This document shows positions 1 to 12,500 of a stretch of DNA of 64,000 nt, in pieces. Within the stretch, counting starts at the first letter, position 1, and every line of letters starts with the position of its first letter. The DNA comes from Bugula neritina (taxonomy: Eukaryota > Animalia > Bryozoa). The notes under the pieces were generated by a model that searched no databases, was not told the DNA's origin, and saw only the letters and a program-made list of their open reading frames with translations. The stretch lies in NCBI GenBank assembly GCA_964035545.1, contig OZ037766.1, forward strand, positions 3,896,722-3,960,721. Reading direction: 5' to 3'. The position numbers and the translations under genes were made by a program.

Positions 1-1240
1 GCAGCCTTATCGGTGTTATTCCGTTCTTTGTGTGGCTCTTTCTGGTGATTTATACAGCTAAAGAGTTCTGTGAGTATCTACATAATTGTATTTGTACTAT
101 AAATTGAATTGCAGAACACTATAATTTTGCGCTAAATTGTATTAGATTATATTATTTTTCGCCAAAATGCATTGCAATGCATTATAATATTGTGCCAAAT
201 TGCATTCCATTGGAGTATTATAATATTGTACTAAACTGTATTGCATTGGAATATAACATTTTATTAAACTGCATTGTATTGCAGTATAATATTGTATAAA
301 GATGCATTATATCGCAGTATAATAATGCATTGAAGTATAATATTGGACTAAAAAGTATTGCATTGCTTTATAATACAGTGGCAAATTGTATTGCATTATT
401 TTGTGTCAACATTCAAGTCAAATTGTGATGAATTATTTGCAATGTAATTTATAACTTTAAAGTAGAGAGTAGCCTAAAGTACTATAATTATTGTTCCTAT
501 TCCATCTTGTGGTATTGCATATTACTTTGAAATTGTATTAAAATTTAATGCAGTTTAGTATATCACACTACCATAACATCCATTACCATAACATGCACTA
601 TCATAACATCCACTACCACAACTACAGATGCCCAGGGATCAATGAGGCCAGGGGGTTTGCTAATTCCCACCCGACAGTATTGGAACATCAGTTATTCTAT
701 GAGCACCATCTACCTAATGGGACACATACCCAGGTTGGTTTGGCAGATACAGAGATACGTCAATTACACAAGGAACGCTCAGCTAAACCCAGGTTAGTGT
801 TCTATAACCTTACAAACTAAACAATATTATAGTTTGTTTATAGAACTCTGATTTATCAAGTATATTTTATATATGAAAAAAATGCAAACTTCGTTTTCAA
901 AACTTCAAAACTACATTTCATGACTAGAATGCTTTCATTACTATATAACTTTATCTTTATGGACACACAATGCTGGATAAAATTAATTGGTATTTAGCAC
1001 TTAAATGGGACAGTACACCCTCTAAGTCTTAAGGTGTAAACATCAACGGTGAATAAGCCAGGCTTTAACTCCATATTTTCAGGAATCTCGACTTTGCTGA
1101 GGTTCCACACCGAGCTGATAGATGGAGACCCCTGGTGTAACCTCCCACAAGTTATCGTTATGGCTTTCAGGTGCATCGTGCTGCTGGCAGTCAGCAGTGC
1201 TTTCAGGTCAGCAGTTAAACTCTTCACATTCCAATTATGA
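1..1240 (+). CDS. Divergent rhodopsin-family (class A) GPCR, 3' part (TM5-TM7 and helix 8); FMRFamide/peptide-receptor-like orphan
   Basis: Three GT-AG exons <1-69, 628-792 and 1083-1240 (phase 1/1) join into one open frame: SLIGVIPFFVWLFLVIYTAKEF-YAQG...WNISYSMSTIYLMGHIPRLVWQIQRY...WCNLPQVIVMAFRCIVLLAVSSAFRSAVKLFTFQL*. There are three hydrophobic helices, with TM5 IPF, TM6 HIPR and a helix-8 FR motif. The 5' part lies outside the window. Confidence 0.65.
565..627. repeat. 15-bp tandem repeat (CACTACCATAACATC, ~4 copies) ending in the GPCR exon acceptor
   Basis: Direct reading; the last degenerate unit ends ...CAACTACAG| at 627. Confidence 0.75.
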
Positions 1241-2996
1241 GATTAAAAAATAAACTGCAGCCCTTTTTTCTAAAGATTGAATTTTTTTGTGGCTTCAATT
1301 CTCCCCTTTAGTCTATTTTGAAGCCTTTCGTTCGTTAGGTTCAATGCAAAGCTGTCTGTGCAGCAGTTAGTCTCCAGATTTCAATTAAACTGCCGTTTTT
1401 CAAATCAAATCTTACAGAATTTTGCTGCCTCAACCCCCCCCCCCTAAGTTTAATGAATGTTGCCCCAAAAATGGAATACAGAATGAAAAGAGAAAATTGC
1501 TTCAACAAAAAGAGAAATTGATGCAACCAACTTGATTAGTTTATTCCTAGGTTCAGGCACTACCACCAAAAAGTAAATTTGAGAATCGAAATTATGATCA
1601 AAAGATCAAAAGATTTTTAATTTAGGAAAATAAAAATCTAAACAATTTTTAATCCAAATTTAAAAACAATTTTAAGCTCCAGTAGCACAAGTAATTTGGA
1701 CTAGCTGCTAATATTAATTTAGCAAAGAGAAAATAATCTAAATCTACAACTGATCCCTTATTACATCTTAGAACAATAATTTAAACTTTTCCATCATTCC
1801 ATCTGCAGAGAAATGTTAAGAAATCAATTGGTTTCAAGACAGCAAACTCTTGCATGAAACTTTTTTCATGCCAAGGAGCTTGCATAAATCTGATAGCTAG
1901 ATTTGTGACAATTGCTATGAATTTTGCGACTTTTACAAAAAGTAATTCCTACTTCTCATATCTCACTACGGCCTCCTGCTAAATATTGTAGAAAAGAGCT
2001 CAGAAAAGCTGTACGAAGAGTGTTATGCATTTGGAAGCAGTACACCATAGCCCAAGGTTTATCAAAGACCTATCAAATAGGCAGCACCCCTTTGATACCC
2101 ATAGTGCCACAGTCTAAAAGTGAAGTATCTACTTTCCATACCAAAGCATCGCATGGGAGTGCTGAATCGCTAGTCTAAGACTAAAAAGTGTTCCTATCTT
2201 ATTATATCTATGTCCTTGTACTCTGTCTTATATAACTAGCATACTAGAACTTTAAGGTAGCGAAGAATTACTGATACAACAATTTTGCAAACGAGAAACT
2301 TTCTGCACACAATGCTAATGGTAGTTGAATCTTTAAATACATATTTGATGATACTATTTAACACTGCAAGACTCGGCCCACTTGCTGGCACCTGTGGTGG
2401 GCTAAAGCTCACTATAAATCCACGCCAAAACTCGCCATTAGCTAATAGGAAAAGACTTGCAACCAAAAAAACTAAAATTACTCACCATTGTCCACATGGG
2501 CAGTATATAGCCAATTATTAGAGCAAATAAAGTTTCCATTAAAGTTTGAAACGTCTGAATGTTAGGGCTATTAATATGCTGTGAGTAAGTTAATTGTTAA
2601 TAACTAATTGTCTAGCTTTTTGTCACGCTTTTGTTATTTACTCATTTGTGGTATATAAAACCATTTAAAAGACCATATAACATCTACTATACTGCAATAA
2701 AAATATAATATAATGGAATTATGATATAACGTAATAACATAATATATGTAATATATAATATAATATGTGATATAATATATAATAAAATAGCTGTTTACTT
2801 AAAGTAAAATGTGAATCAAATGCTAGCCTGAAAATCACGAAGGTTAAACCACGTCACTGTTAGGGTGTCTAGTAGCTCACCACAAAATCTCAACCTGTTT
2901 CTCACAACTGATAAGCATTAGTAAGTTCGTTACTCCCCCCTCTCCCCCCTCCCAGTCACTTGAATAGAGAATAAAATCGGCTGTTTTGTGTTCTAA

Positions 2997-3565
2997 GACT
3001 ATACAGTAATACACTATACAGTAATACACTATACAGTAATACACTATACAGCAATACACTATACAGTAATACACTATACAGTAATACACTACACAGTAAT
3101 ACACTATACAGTAATACACTATACAGTAATACACTATACAGTAATACACTATACAATAATACACTACACAGTAATATACTATACAGTATACAGTAATACA
3201 CTATACAGTAACACACTATACAGTAACACACTATACAGTAATACACTATACAATAATACAATATACAGTAATACAATATACAGTAATACACTATACAGTA
3301 ATACACTGTACAGTAATACACTATACAGTAATACTCTATACAGTAATACACTACACAGTAATACACTATACAGTAATACACTATACAGTAATACACTACA
3401 CAGTAATACACTATACAATAATACACTACACAGTAATATACTATACAGTATACAGTAATACACTATACAGTAACACACTATACAGTAACACACTATACAG
3501 TAATACACTATACAGTAACACACTATACAGTAATACACTATACAGGAATACACTATACAGTAATA
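2997..3565. repeat. 15-bp minisatellite (CACTATACAGTAATA)n, ~37 copies
   Basis: Direct reading; source of the spurious YYCIV/SVLLY ORFs. Starts ~12 nt after the RELCH donor at 3577. Confidence 0.95.
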
Positions 3566-3577
3566 CGGATTACATAC

Positions 3578-6500
3578 CCTCCTCTCTAAACTGAGGCTCT
3601 ATATTTGGTCCAATCCTACTGAATGTAGAGATCATTGAGAGCAGCATGTTGTTATCTTGATTCTGATTGGTGTGATGCAAGAGCCGTATCAGTTCAGTGT
3701 ACACTTTATCCATCGTCTAAAGCAACAATACACCACAGATATGTTACAATACACCACAGATGTGTTACAGTACATCACAGATATGTTACAGTACACCACA
3801 GATATGTTACAGTACACCACAGATGTATTACAATATACCACAGATATGTTACAGTATACCACAGATATGTTACAGTACACCACAGATATGTTACAATACA
3901 CCACAGATGTGTTACAATACACCACAGATATGTTACAGTACACCACAGATATGTTACAGTATACCACAGATATGTTATAGTACACCACAGATATGTTACA
4001 GTACACCACATATATGTTACTCATAATACGTTAATAACAACGGTAGTAATAACAGTGGTTTAGCAATAGTCACATCAACTGTTATAATAACAGTCATACT
4101 AGTGGCCTTCATAGTGATAATAGTAAAGGTAACAGCAATGATGAGAGAAATAGTAATTGTATTAGTAGCAATGATGGTAATAGTAATAGTAATAGCGATA
4201 TTAATCGTGATAATGATAGTAATGGTGATAGTGAATAGTAATAGTGATAGTGAATTAGTATTAAACTGATAGTGATCACTCTGCCAGATAGTTAAAAGCA
4301 CATACCTCTCTCTCAGAGCAAGTCTCTAAGATAGAACCAAATGGTGACACAGTGGCCAACTTGACATTACTAAAACATGACATATGAACAATAATCATAT
4401 TATTTATCTGTTTCACATTTTTACATTATATTATTACATTATATTATTATACTATATTATTATACTATATTATTATATTATATTATTATAGTATCAGAAT
4501 GATGAGGAAAAACTTGTGGGATTTTGTCAAATGTATGGCAGTCCAAATACATTTCCATTCTCATTGATGACTCATTATTACATCAACTCTCCTAGCCTTT
4601 ACATCAAACGCTCATGCTTTAGCTAGCCCATGTTTCTTAGTGTCTATTTATTAACATAATACAGCTACTAGGAAGGAACGTGTGAATAAACTAAGAAGTA
4701 GGGAGACTCACATGTCAGTATCACAGGCTAAGGTCACCAAACCAGGGAGTATTCTATCATTGATGAGAGCTGAACAAGTTGGACACAACAAACATACCTG
4801 TAACATACAAACATACGGCAGCTAAAGTGTGAAACTGAGGCTATGTTTAGCAGCTGTGCACATAGTATTGTTTATGAAATAAACTTGACAAGGAAAGCAA
4901 AACTTAGCAGAGAAAGGGTTAAAAGTAAAAGTTACATTTTGTTGAAGAGTTGACAGTTTGTTTAGAAGTTGACACGCTAAACTAAATTTTTCACTAAGCC
5001 AATTTTCAAAAAGAGAACTAAAAATACTTACTGAATTTTTAATTTTTTTTATAAGCTTTAAGATTTTAAGATTAAGCTTTATTTTTCTAGACCCCCCCTT
5101 TAAAAATCTTTTGGGCAATTATTTAAGTTATTAAAAGATGACATGTTTAAAAAGAGCCCAGAGGTAGTAAAGTTATTAGAATATGTATTTTAATGTTAAA
5201 AATCTTGTGCATACACAACTGTCAATACAGACCCCAATAGCTAATTCTACGCTAGTTCTAAACATTTCATAATTTTATAACTAAAAGAATTGCACAAAAG
5301 ATTTTCAAATTGAAACTTCTTTAAAAAATAGTGTAGAACTTTTAAGATTGAACTTGCGGTCAAGGAAAGAAAAGTTTATTTTATTTTGAAAAATGTATCA
5401 TAGTTCTATTTCCACTCATGTCAGAATATATCCTATACAAATGTTGAGACTAATGAGCTAGTCACTAGTGTATACAGAGGAACACAACTACATAGCTCAT
5501 TATACATAATCATAGTTATTTGTTATAGCATTATAACACATGTTTTCTAATAATCTTCTTATTCCATACTATTTATACATCAACAAAATCCAGCTCCTGG
5601 CTTTCATACTCAATGATCAGTAGTTTATCGTAGTTATTGAAGTATAACTTATAACATTTTATGAAGAATAGAATTGGCATTGATTATGACAAGAACACTC
5701 GGGCATATCTTCATATGCTTCAAGTGTGTGTTACTAAACCCTGTTAACCTGCCAGCCTGCCACTTCAATCGGTTACAAATGAACTCTCGTTATATTAATA
5801 AATGGATCAATAATTTAGAGAAGGAGCATGCAGCTACAAGACTAAGTTCTCCAGTTTAATAACACTTTGAAGTTAGATTAGATGACTGAATCCTAATACC
5901 AACATATAACCTATTAAAAGTAATTTAACTGTAACTGTAAGTTTGCTTACATTATGCTAAAGTGAAAGTGGAGAGCTGATATTACCTACCTCTAACAGAT
6001 GAGCACATGTTACTTTCACCTTCACAGAACCTTTCATTAGTACCTCCAGTACAAGATCAATGAAAGGTTCTACAAGATGGCTCTTCTCCCTGCAGGAAAA
6101 AGAGAAATTTATTCAATGTGGTCAGTAACCGTAAGGAGTTGCATTCTCTAAAGTTTTGAACATTTTAGGTAAAACTGATGCGAGTAGAAAACCATGTGCT
6201 GTTATTTATGCTCAAATTGACAATAAAATCTACATTTAAACAATGAAATTGCTCAGCCAGCTTATAATTGCACATTTTTCTAGGGAAAGACAATTCTTCT
6301 GAATATAACCTCTTGTATAATATGAACTGAATGCACAACTACTAGCTCTCTTCTGTATACATTAACTGACATTTTTTTATATATGATTTAAATATCAAAA
6401 CCAACACACCGCAATGCAGTGCAATACAATCAATACAATGCAATACAACGTTATAATTTTTATAGTTAGCATTTGCCAGTTAACGCAATTGCATGTAAAT

Positions 6501-9500
6501 TGAGAATTGTCTGCCCATTTATGCCATACTAAATGTACTACAGCACAATTACAAAAGTTAGACAAGTAAAATTATATTCAAGTGTGTTGAATCTAATTGC
6601 CTAGCAGTTTGATTCTCACTCTGATAACATACCAACTGTGTGATCCTTGGCAGTACTTACATGAGTATTTGGACAGACAACTCCAGTGACTGAAGAGGCA
6701 CGTTGCCTTCAGACATGGTGACTATGAACTTCCGCAGGCAGTCAATCAGATTGCTGACAGCTGATTGGCTAGAGAAGGCAGCCTTGACCCCACACAGTAG
6801 CATGGGCAGTAAAACACTGGTGTACACCTTGTGGTGTTTAGACGTAATCTCAGAGTCTAATTTGAAAAACTCGCTCATTTTTGGCTCAATCTGTAAGTAC
6901 ATCACAAAAATTACAACTACACAAATCCTGCACGAAAAATTCAAACTGTCTTTTAATTTATGCAAGACTGCAGAGTAAGTGATTTACTTACTTGCTATAC
7001 AGGTTCATCTATAGTCTATATTTTCACAGTTTCAGTAAAAAAAAGTTACCCTAGCAGAGTAAACAACTTCAAAAATTTTTTTGCATTATACAAGCAGCTC
7101 AGAATATGTTTAATATATAAAGACAACAGACCATTTCTCTAGCTATCTAATAATTACTTTCTCTATTAAATTACTGACTCGGAGGGTTTAAACAAAGTAA
7201 TTCAATTAATTGATTGAATTTTTGTAAACTCATCAACTGCCATTATTGCTCTCTAGTTTTATGCAATTGACTTTGCAAAGTCAATCAACTGAAATCAGAG
7301 TAAGCGATGAGTTTCTATGAGCAAGTAACTTTCCAAATCAGTTTACTTGCAAATGGTTTCAGTATATTTACGAAAAGGTACTCAGCAGTATTTAATTGAC
7401 TGAGACTTGTCACTTGGAAGGATTTTAACTTGCTAAGACAGTTTAGTTGGTAGAATATTACTGCAAAACTATTTAGTAGAGTATTGCTTCATAACTAAAA
7501 AATTATTCTTTACTCTGAACATGCAGTGATGAAACAATTAAACTCTGCCTAGCTGAACCAGTGAAAGCAAAAATGATAAAGATAATACTTTCATGCAAAG
7601 CTGAGGTCTATCTATGTATATAAATATAGATATTGTAGCAGCTGTGGCTAACAGATGATGTAATAGGGATACAATAACCGCGATACTCATAAATATATTG
7701 TCCAACATATGATAACAGCCACAGACATGTTATACCTCATACGCAAATGTAGTCCTAAAGAGAAAAAAAATAGAAGTCAAATCCTTGAAAACTGCTTTTA
7801 AAAATGAAAAATCAAAGTATTTATAAAGCAATTCAACTCCACGTGTATTAGAAGCTTCTGCACAACGTACTACATGTAAGAGAGGTGTAGCTAATATCAA
7901 CAACTTGAATAAGTACTGTAAAGATATATTGTATCTTACACAGTACATGCGTAGAATGCTATAGACAGCATTAATATACAACTTCAGGAATAATATAGAC
8001 TAAGAGTACCTTATCAGATGTGATGTGCTGACCAAGTACCGCACACACTGATCGAACATAGTCGACCAGAGACTGGGCTACGGCCATGTCTTCTGCCTGT
8101 ATAGATAGCCCCAGCATGGCAAATCTCGAGAACCTGCAAGGTTACCAGAAGAATCTACTCTATAGAACTTGCTAGAATCTACTGGATGATGCAGTATTGA
8201 TGAATAACCTCAACGTGAAAGATAACATAAAAATCAAATCATTGTCAATAAATTAATGTTTTTTTATGAAAAACAAAGGCAAAAATCCAAGTGTGTTTGT
8301 GTGTGTGCTCATGTTCATGCGTGTGTTTGTGTGTGTGCAAGTGCGTGAGGGTGAGTGTGTGTAAATAATATACAACCAAAGTTAACACCAGCAGAGTTAC
8401 AAAACCTTACGTAGTATAGACGAGGAGGTCGAACTGGTCCCAACCCTTGTACCATTCTTCTGAGGTGTGAGAGAGAAATCTGGAAACAAGCTGTTTGTAT
8501 TCCTCTTCATCAGATACCAGGCAGGATATGCTGCTCATACTCTTACTGCCTGCACAACATATGTGTATATAGCATTGACAGAGCACGGGGGGGAGGGGGG
8601 GGTACTGATAACTAATGACTAGAACTGATAACTAATTACTGTGACTAGAACTCATAACTAATGACTGTGACTAGAACTGATAACTAATGACTGTGACTAG
8701 CACTGATAACTAATTACTGTGACTAGAACTGATAACTAATGACTGTGACTAGAACGGATAACTAATGACTGTGACTAGCACTGATAACTAATTACTGTGA
8801 CTAGAACTGATAACTAATGACTGTGACTAGAACTGATAACTAATGACTGTGACTAGCACTGATAACTAATTACTGTGACTAGCACTGATAACTAATGAGA
8901 GAGAGATAAGCATCACCTCCCACCAAGAAGGTAAGCTTTGGCTAAAAGACCTGGACCTCCAAAAACTTACCATCATTAATGCTGGAATGTAGAGACACGG
9001 GTTGATTATCTGTATTAAGGTCTGTCTTGTCCCGATAAGGGCCAGAGTAGAGAAGGGAGACAAACTGGAAGTTGACTAGGGTGAGCAAATGCTGCATGCC
9101 TGGCATGAAAGACTCGGCAATTACTTTTATTTCATTTTCTTCATTAGGTTCTGTCAGCTGGAAGTTAAAATTGTAGATTGCAAACAGCTTCATAAAGGGA
9201 GTCCATTAAACAGTTCCATTTAAAACATGATGTGTGAAGTTGAAACTGCACAAATTGTTGAGCTGCTTTAAAAACTTATTTGGCAAATAATTTAAACTTT
9301 TGACAATATTTAATGAACACAAAATGTTATAAGACGTGAAAGAAATGTCAAATTGCGATCAAAATGATCAAAATGACGGTGTTTCTGTATTGAAACTCAG
9401 CTAAAATACATTTAAAAGTTCTAAAAAAAATTCAAAGTTGGTAAAATCGTCACTAATTAAATCCAACTTATATTATGGTGATAATGCCTGACAAGGTTAA

Positions 9501-12500
9501 CTTTCTCAAAAGAGGTTCAGAATATATTATTTAAGAGAGACGTACAGAGTTTATAGAGCATATCTAAAAGAGACGTACATAGTTTGTAGAGCATATCTAA
9601 GAAAGACGTACAGAGTTTGTAGAGCATATCCAAGAGAGATGTACAGAGTTTGTAGAACATATTTAAGAGAGACATACAAAGTTTGTAGAGCATATCTAAA
9701 AGAGACGTACAGAGTTTGTAGAGCTTATGTAAGAGGGATGTACATAGTTTGTAGAATATATCTAAGAGAGATGTACAGAGTTTGTAGAGCATATCTAAGA
9801 GAGACGTACAGAGTTTGTAGAGCATATCTAAGAGAGACGTACAGAGTTTGTAGAGCTTATGTAAGAGGGATGTACATAGTTTGTAGAATATATCTAAGAG
9901 AGATGTACAGAGTTTGTAGAGCATATCTAAGAGAGACGTACAGAGTTTGTAGAGCATATCTAAGAGAGACGTACAGAGTTTGTAGAGCATATCTAAGAGA
10001 GACGTACAGAGTTTTGAAGAGCTGTGAACAAAAGATCCATAATGTCAGATATCTTGTCTAGGTGGACAGCCCAGAGAGAGAGGGAAGGAAGGAGAACACC
10101 AACAGCCTCCTTTTGAACACTTGCAGACGTATCAGGGAGTACGTGTCTGCCATACAGAGTCAATACCTGTAGGATATGAATATGTCATCATCCACACAAC
10201 AGCTACATTATTTACAGGTGCAAACTTACAAAATACGCCTTAAAGGCCAATTTTGAAGTGCCATAAAGAACACAGTTGAAATTGTACCCCCACACTCTTA
10301 AATACACATTGGACATATTTACCAACACTTACTGCAATGAATTGAGACAACACATTACTTCCTGCACACAAGACTATACATGTATACATATACACACAGG
10401 CATACACAAGCACATACACGCACGCACACACAACACACACCCACTCACTCTCGAACACACAACACACACTCGAACACACAACGCACAAGCACAAACACAC
10501 GTACACACAACACGCACACACACACACACACCCACTCACACTCGAATACACAAGCACACACGCAAGCACACACACATGCAACATCATATGTGCCTAACCT
10601 GAGAGAACTTATCCGTATCATCTATAAAACAGACGAGAATTCCAAGACTGCGGACTATAGCAGACCTCACTTCCTCCACCCTCTCATCCAATAGCATCTG
10701 TTGTAACATTGAGAGGAGGAGAGAGCCTCGTATTGATTTCTGAAATGAGTGAAAATAGATGCAGTTGAAACTAAATATTAATTATAGTCGACTTTTTTGT
10801 TATAAACAGGTGATGATAACTCTAATGCTTCTGTCTGCTAAAACAACTTTCAGGTATTTACTTAATCTAACTATCAGCATCAATCTAAGTGATGCTTATA
10901 TTTAAACTACACACTATACGCCATACAGTGTACAATGTACAGTATGCAGTATACACCATACAGTACACACCATGCGCTACAAGCATATCACAGAATATAC
11001 TATACTCGTATAAATAGTATTTAAATTGAATATTGACCATACTTACAGATATGTATGGTGTTACAGCACCACACTTACAGATATGTACGGTATTACTGCA
11101 CCACACTTACAGATACATGCGGTATTACAGCACCACACTTACAGATATGTACGGTATTAAAGCATCACAATTACAGATATGTACGGTATTACAGCATCGC
11201 ACTTACGGATATGTACGGTATTAAAGCACCACAAGCCTCGGCCACCAGGAGTCGTCTCTCCAGATGTCTGTCATTAATCTAAAACAACAGCCAATCAATC
11301 TAAGAACATTACTTATTTTAAATATTATAAAAATAGAAACTAAAAAACACTACAATCTATTGCTAACCATTAAAAGCACTGTATACGAACAATAATAGTT
11401 TAAGCTGAAAGTTCTCATGTCAATTACAGTGCTTCCTGTTTATCGCATGGATCCATTTCTCACGAAAATCTGGAGGTCACAAGAAGGGCTTGGACCCCCA
11501 CTTTGTAGCATATGTGCATAAGGACCAAATTCAACGGATCCGTGAGTCAAATCTGGTATTCTACTATGTCATGAACTGAGGTTTCGGAACCCATAGCTTA
11601 GTGAGATATGGAGGGAGCACTGTATCATAACATTGTCAAACATTTACTACCATTTGTTTTATAGGAAAGAATAGTGAGCACATCTAAACAACTTAGCCTA
11701 CAAACCTGCTCCCAACACTGCGGGAGGAGTTCTTCTTCAACTTTCTCCGGCCCGTTGTGCTGAGCAAACATAACGCAACCAGCCAGAATCATCTGTCTCT
11801 GGAGCTCATCTGGTCTCTTTATCAGGTTGAAGAGAGTGTTCAGCATCGTGTCTCGGGCCTTTGCTGACACGTGCAGGTTGGCAGCGCACAAGATCAGCGG
11901 CAGCAGCTCTTCACGCTTGGCTAGCAGGACGTTGGGTACAATGTGGGGGAGAGACTGGGATATCATGTCTACTATTGTGCTGGTCTTACTGCTATCTATC
12001 AGTGATACCTGTGACATCATAGTAAAATACTGAATCAAAATATTCAATTGAAACACTAAACAAGAAAGAGATTAAAATTTAGACCTTTTAAAATCGTAAT
12101 TAAATCTGTATTTTGATTATAAAATAAAATGACAACTTTTAGAGAAAATTTCAAATTTATTACGTAGTTTAATCAGATTTCAACGTAGAGAGGGACATTT
12201 TTATTTTATGCCCCAAATGCTTGTTTCTTTTATTAATTTTATTATGCTTCTCTCAATAAATCCTATTGCAAAGCTTTTAGCTGAATTAGGTTATTTTAAA
12301 TAAAATTAATTCTGAGTTCATTATATTGTAAAACTTGGCTTTTCAGAGGAAACAACTGCTATACAGGAGAAAATGCAAAGTTTTGAAATAGAGAAATCTC
12401 AAAATAAATACTTTTTAAACATAAACTCTCAGCGAGTAAAAACAAGTCAGATTGAATAAAATTACCCGAGTAAATCTTAAAAAAATAAATTAAGATATCA

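Noticed and set aside
2350-2920. Possible small terminal RELCH exons (GTGAG donors near 2880 and 2485)
   Set aside because: They can be joined in frame but show no similarity to the known RELCH C-terminus, so they are not supportable.
2877-4063. Overlapping repetitive ORFs (YYCIV, SVLLY, HHRYVT, QYTTDML)
   Set aside because: Translations of 15- and 21-bp intronic minisatellites, open in several frames only because the unit is a multiple of 3.
9517-10061. 157-aa MLYKLCTSLLD repeat ORF and a CRISPR-like periodic appearance
   Set aside because: Head-to-tail 33-bp units with no unique spacers and no cas genes in eukaryotic intronic DNA; the ORF is not in the RELCH frame.
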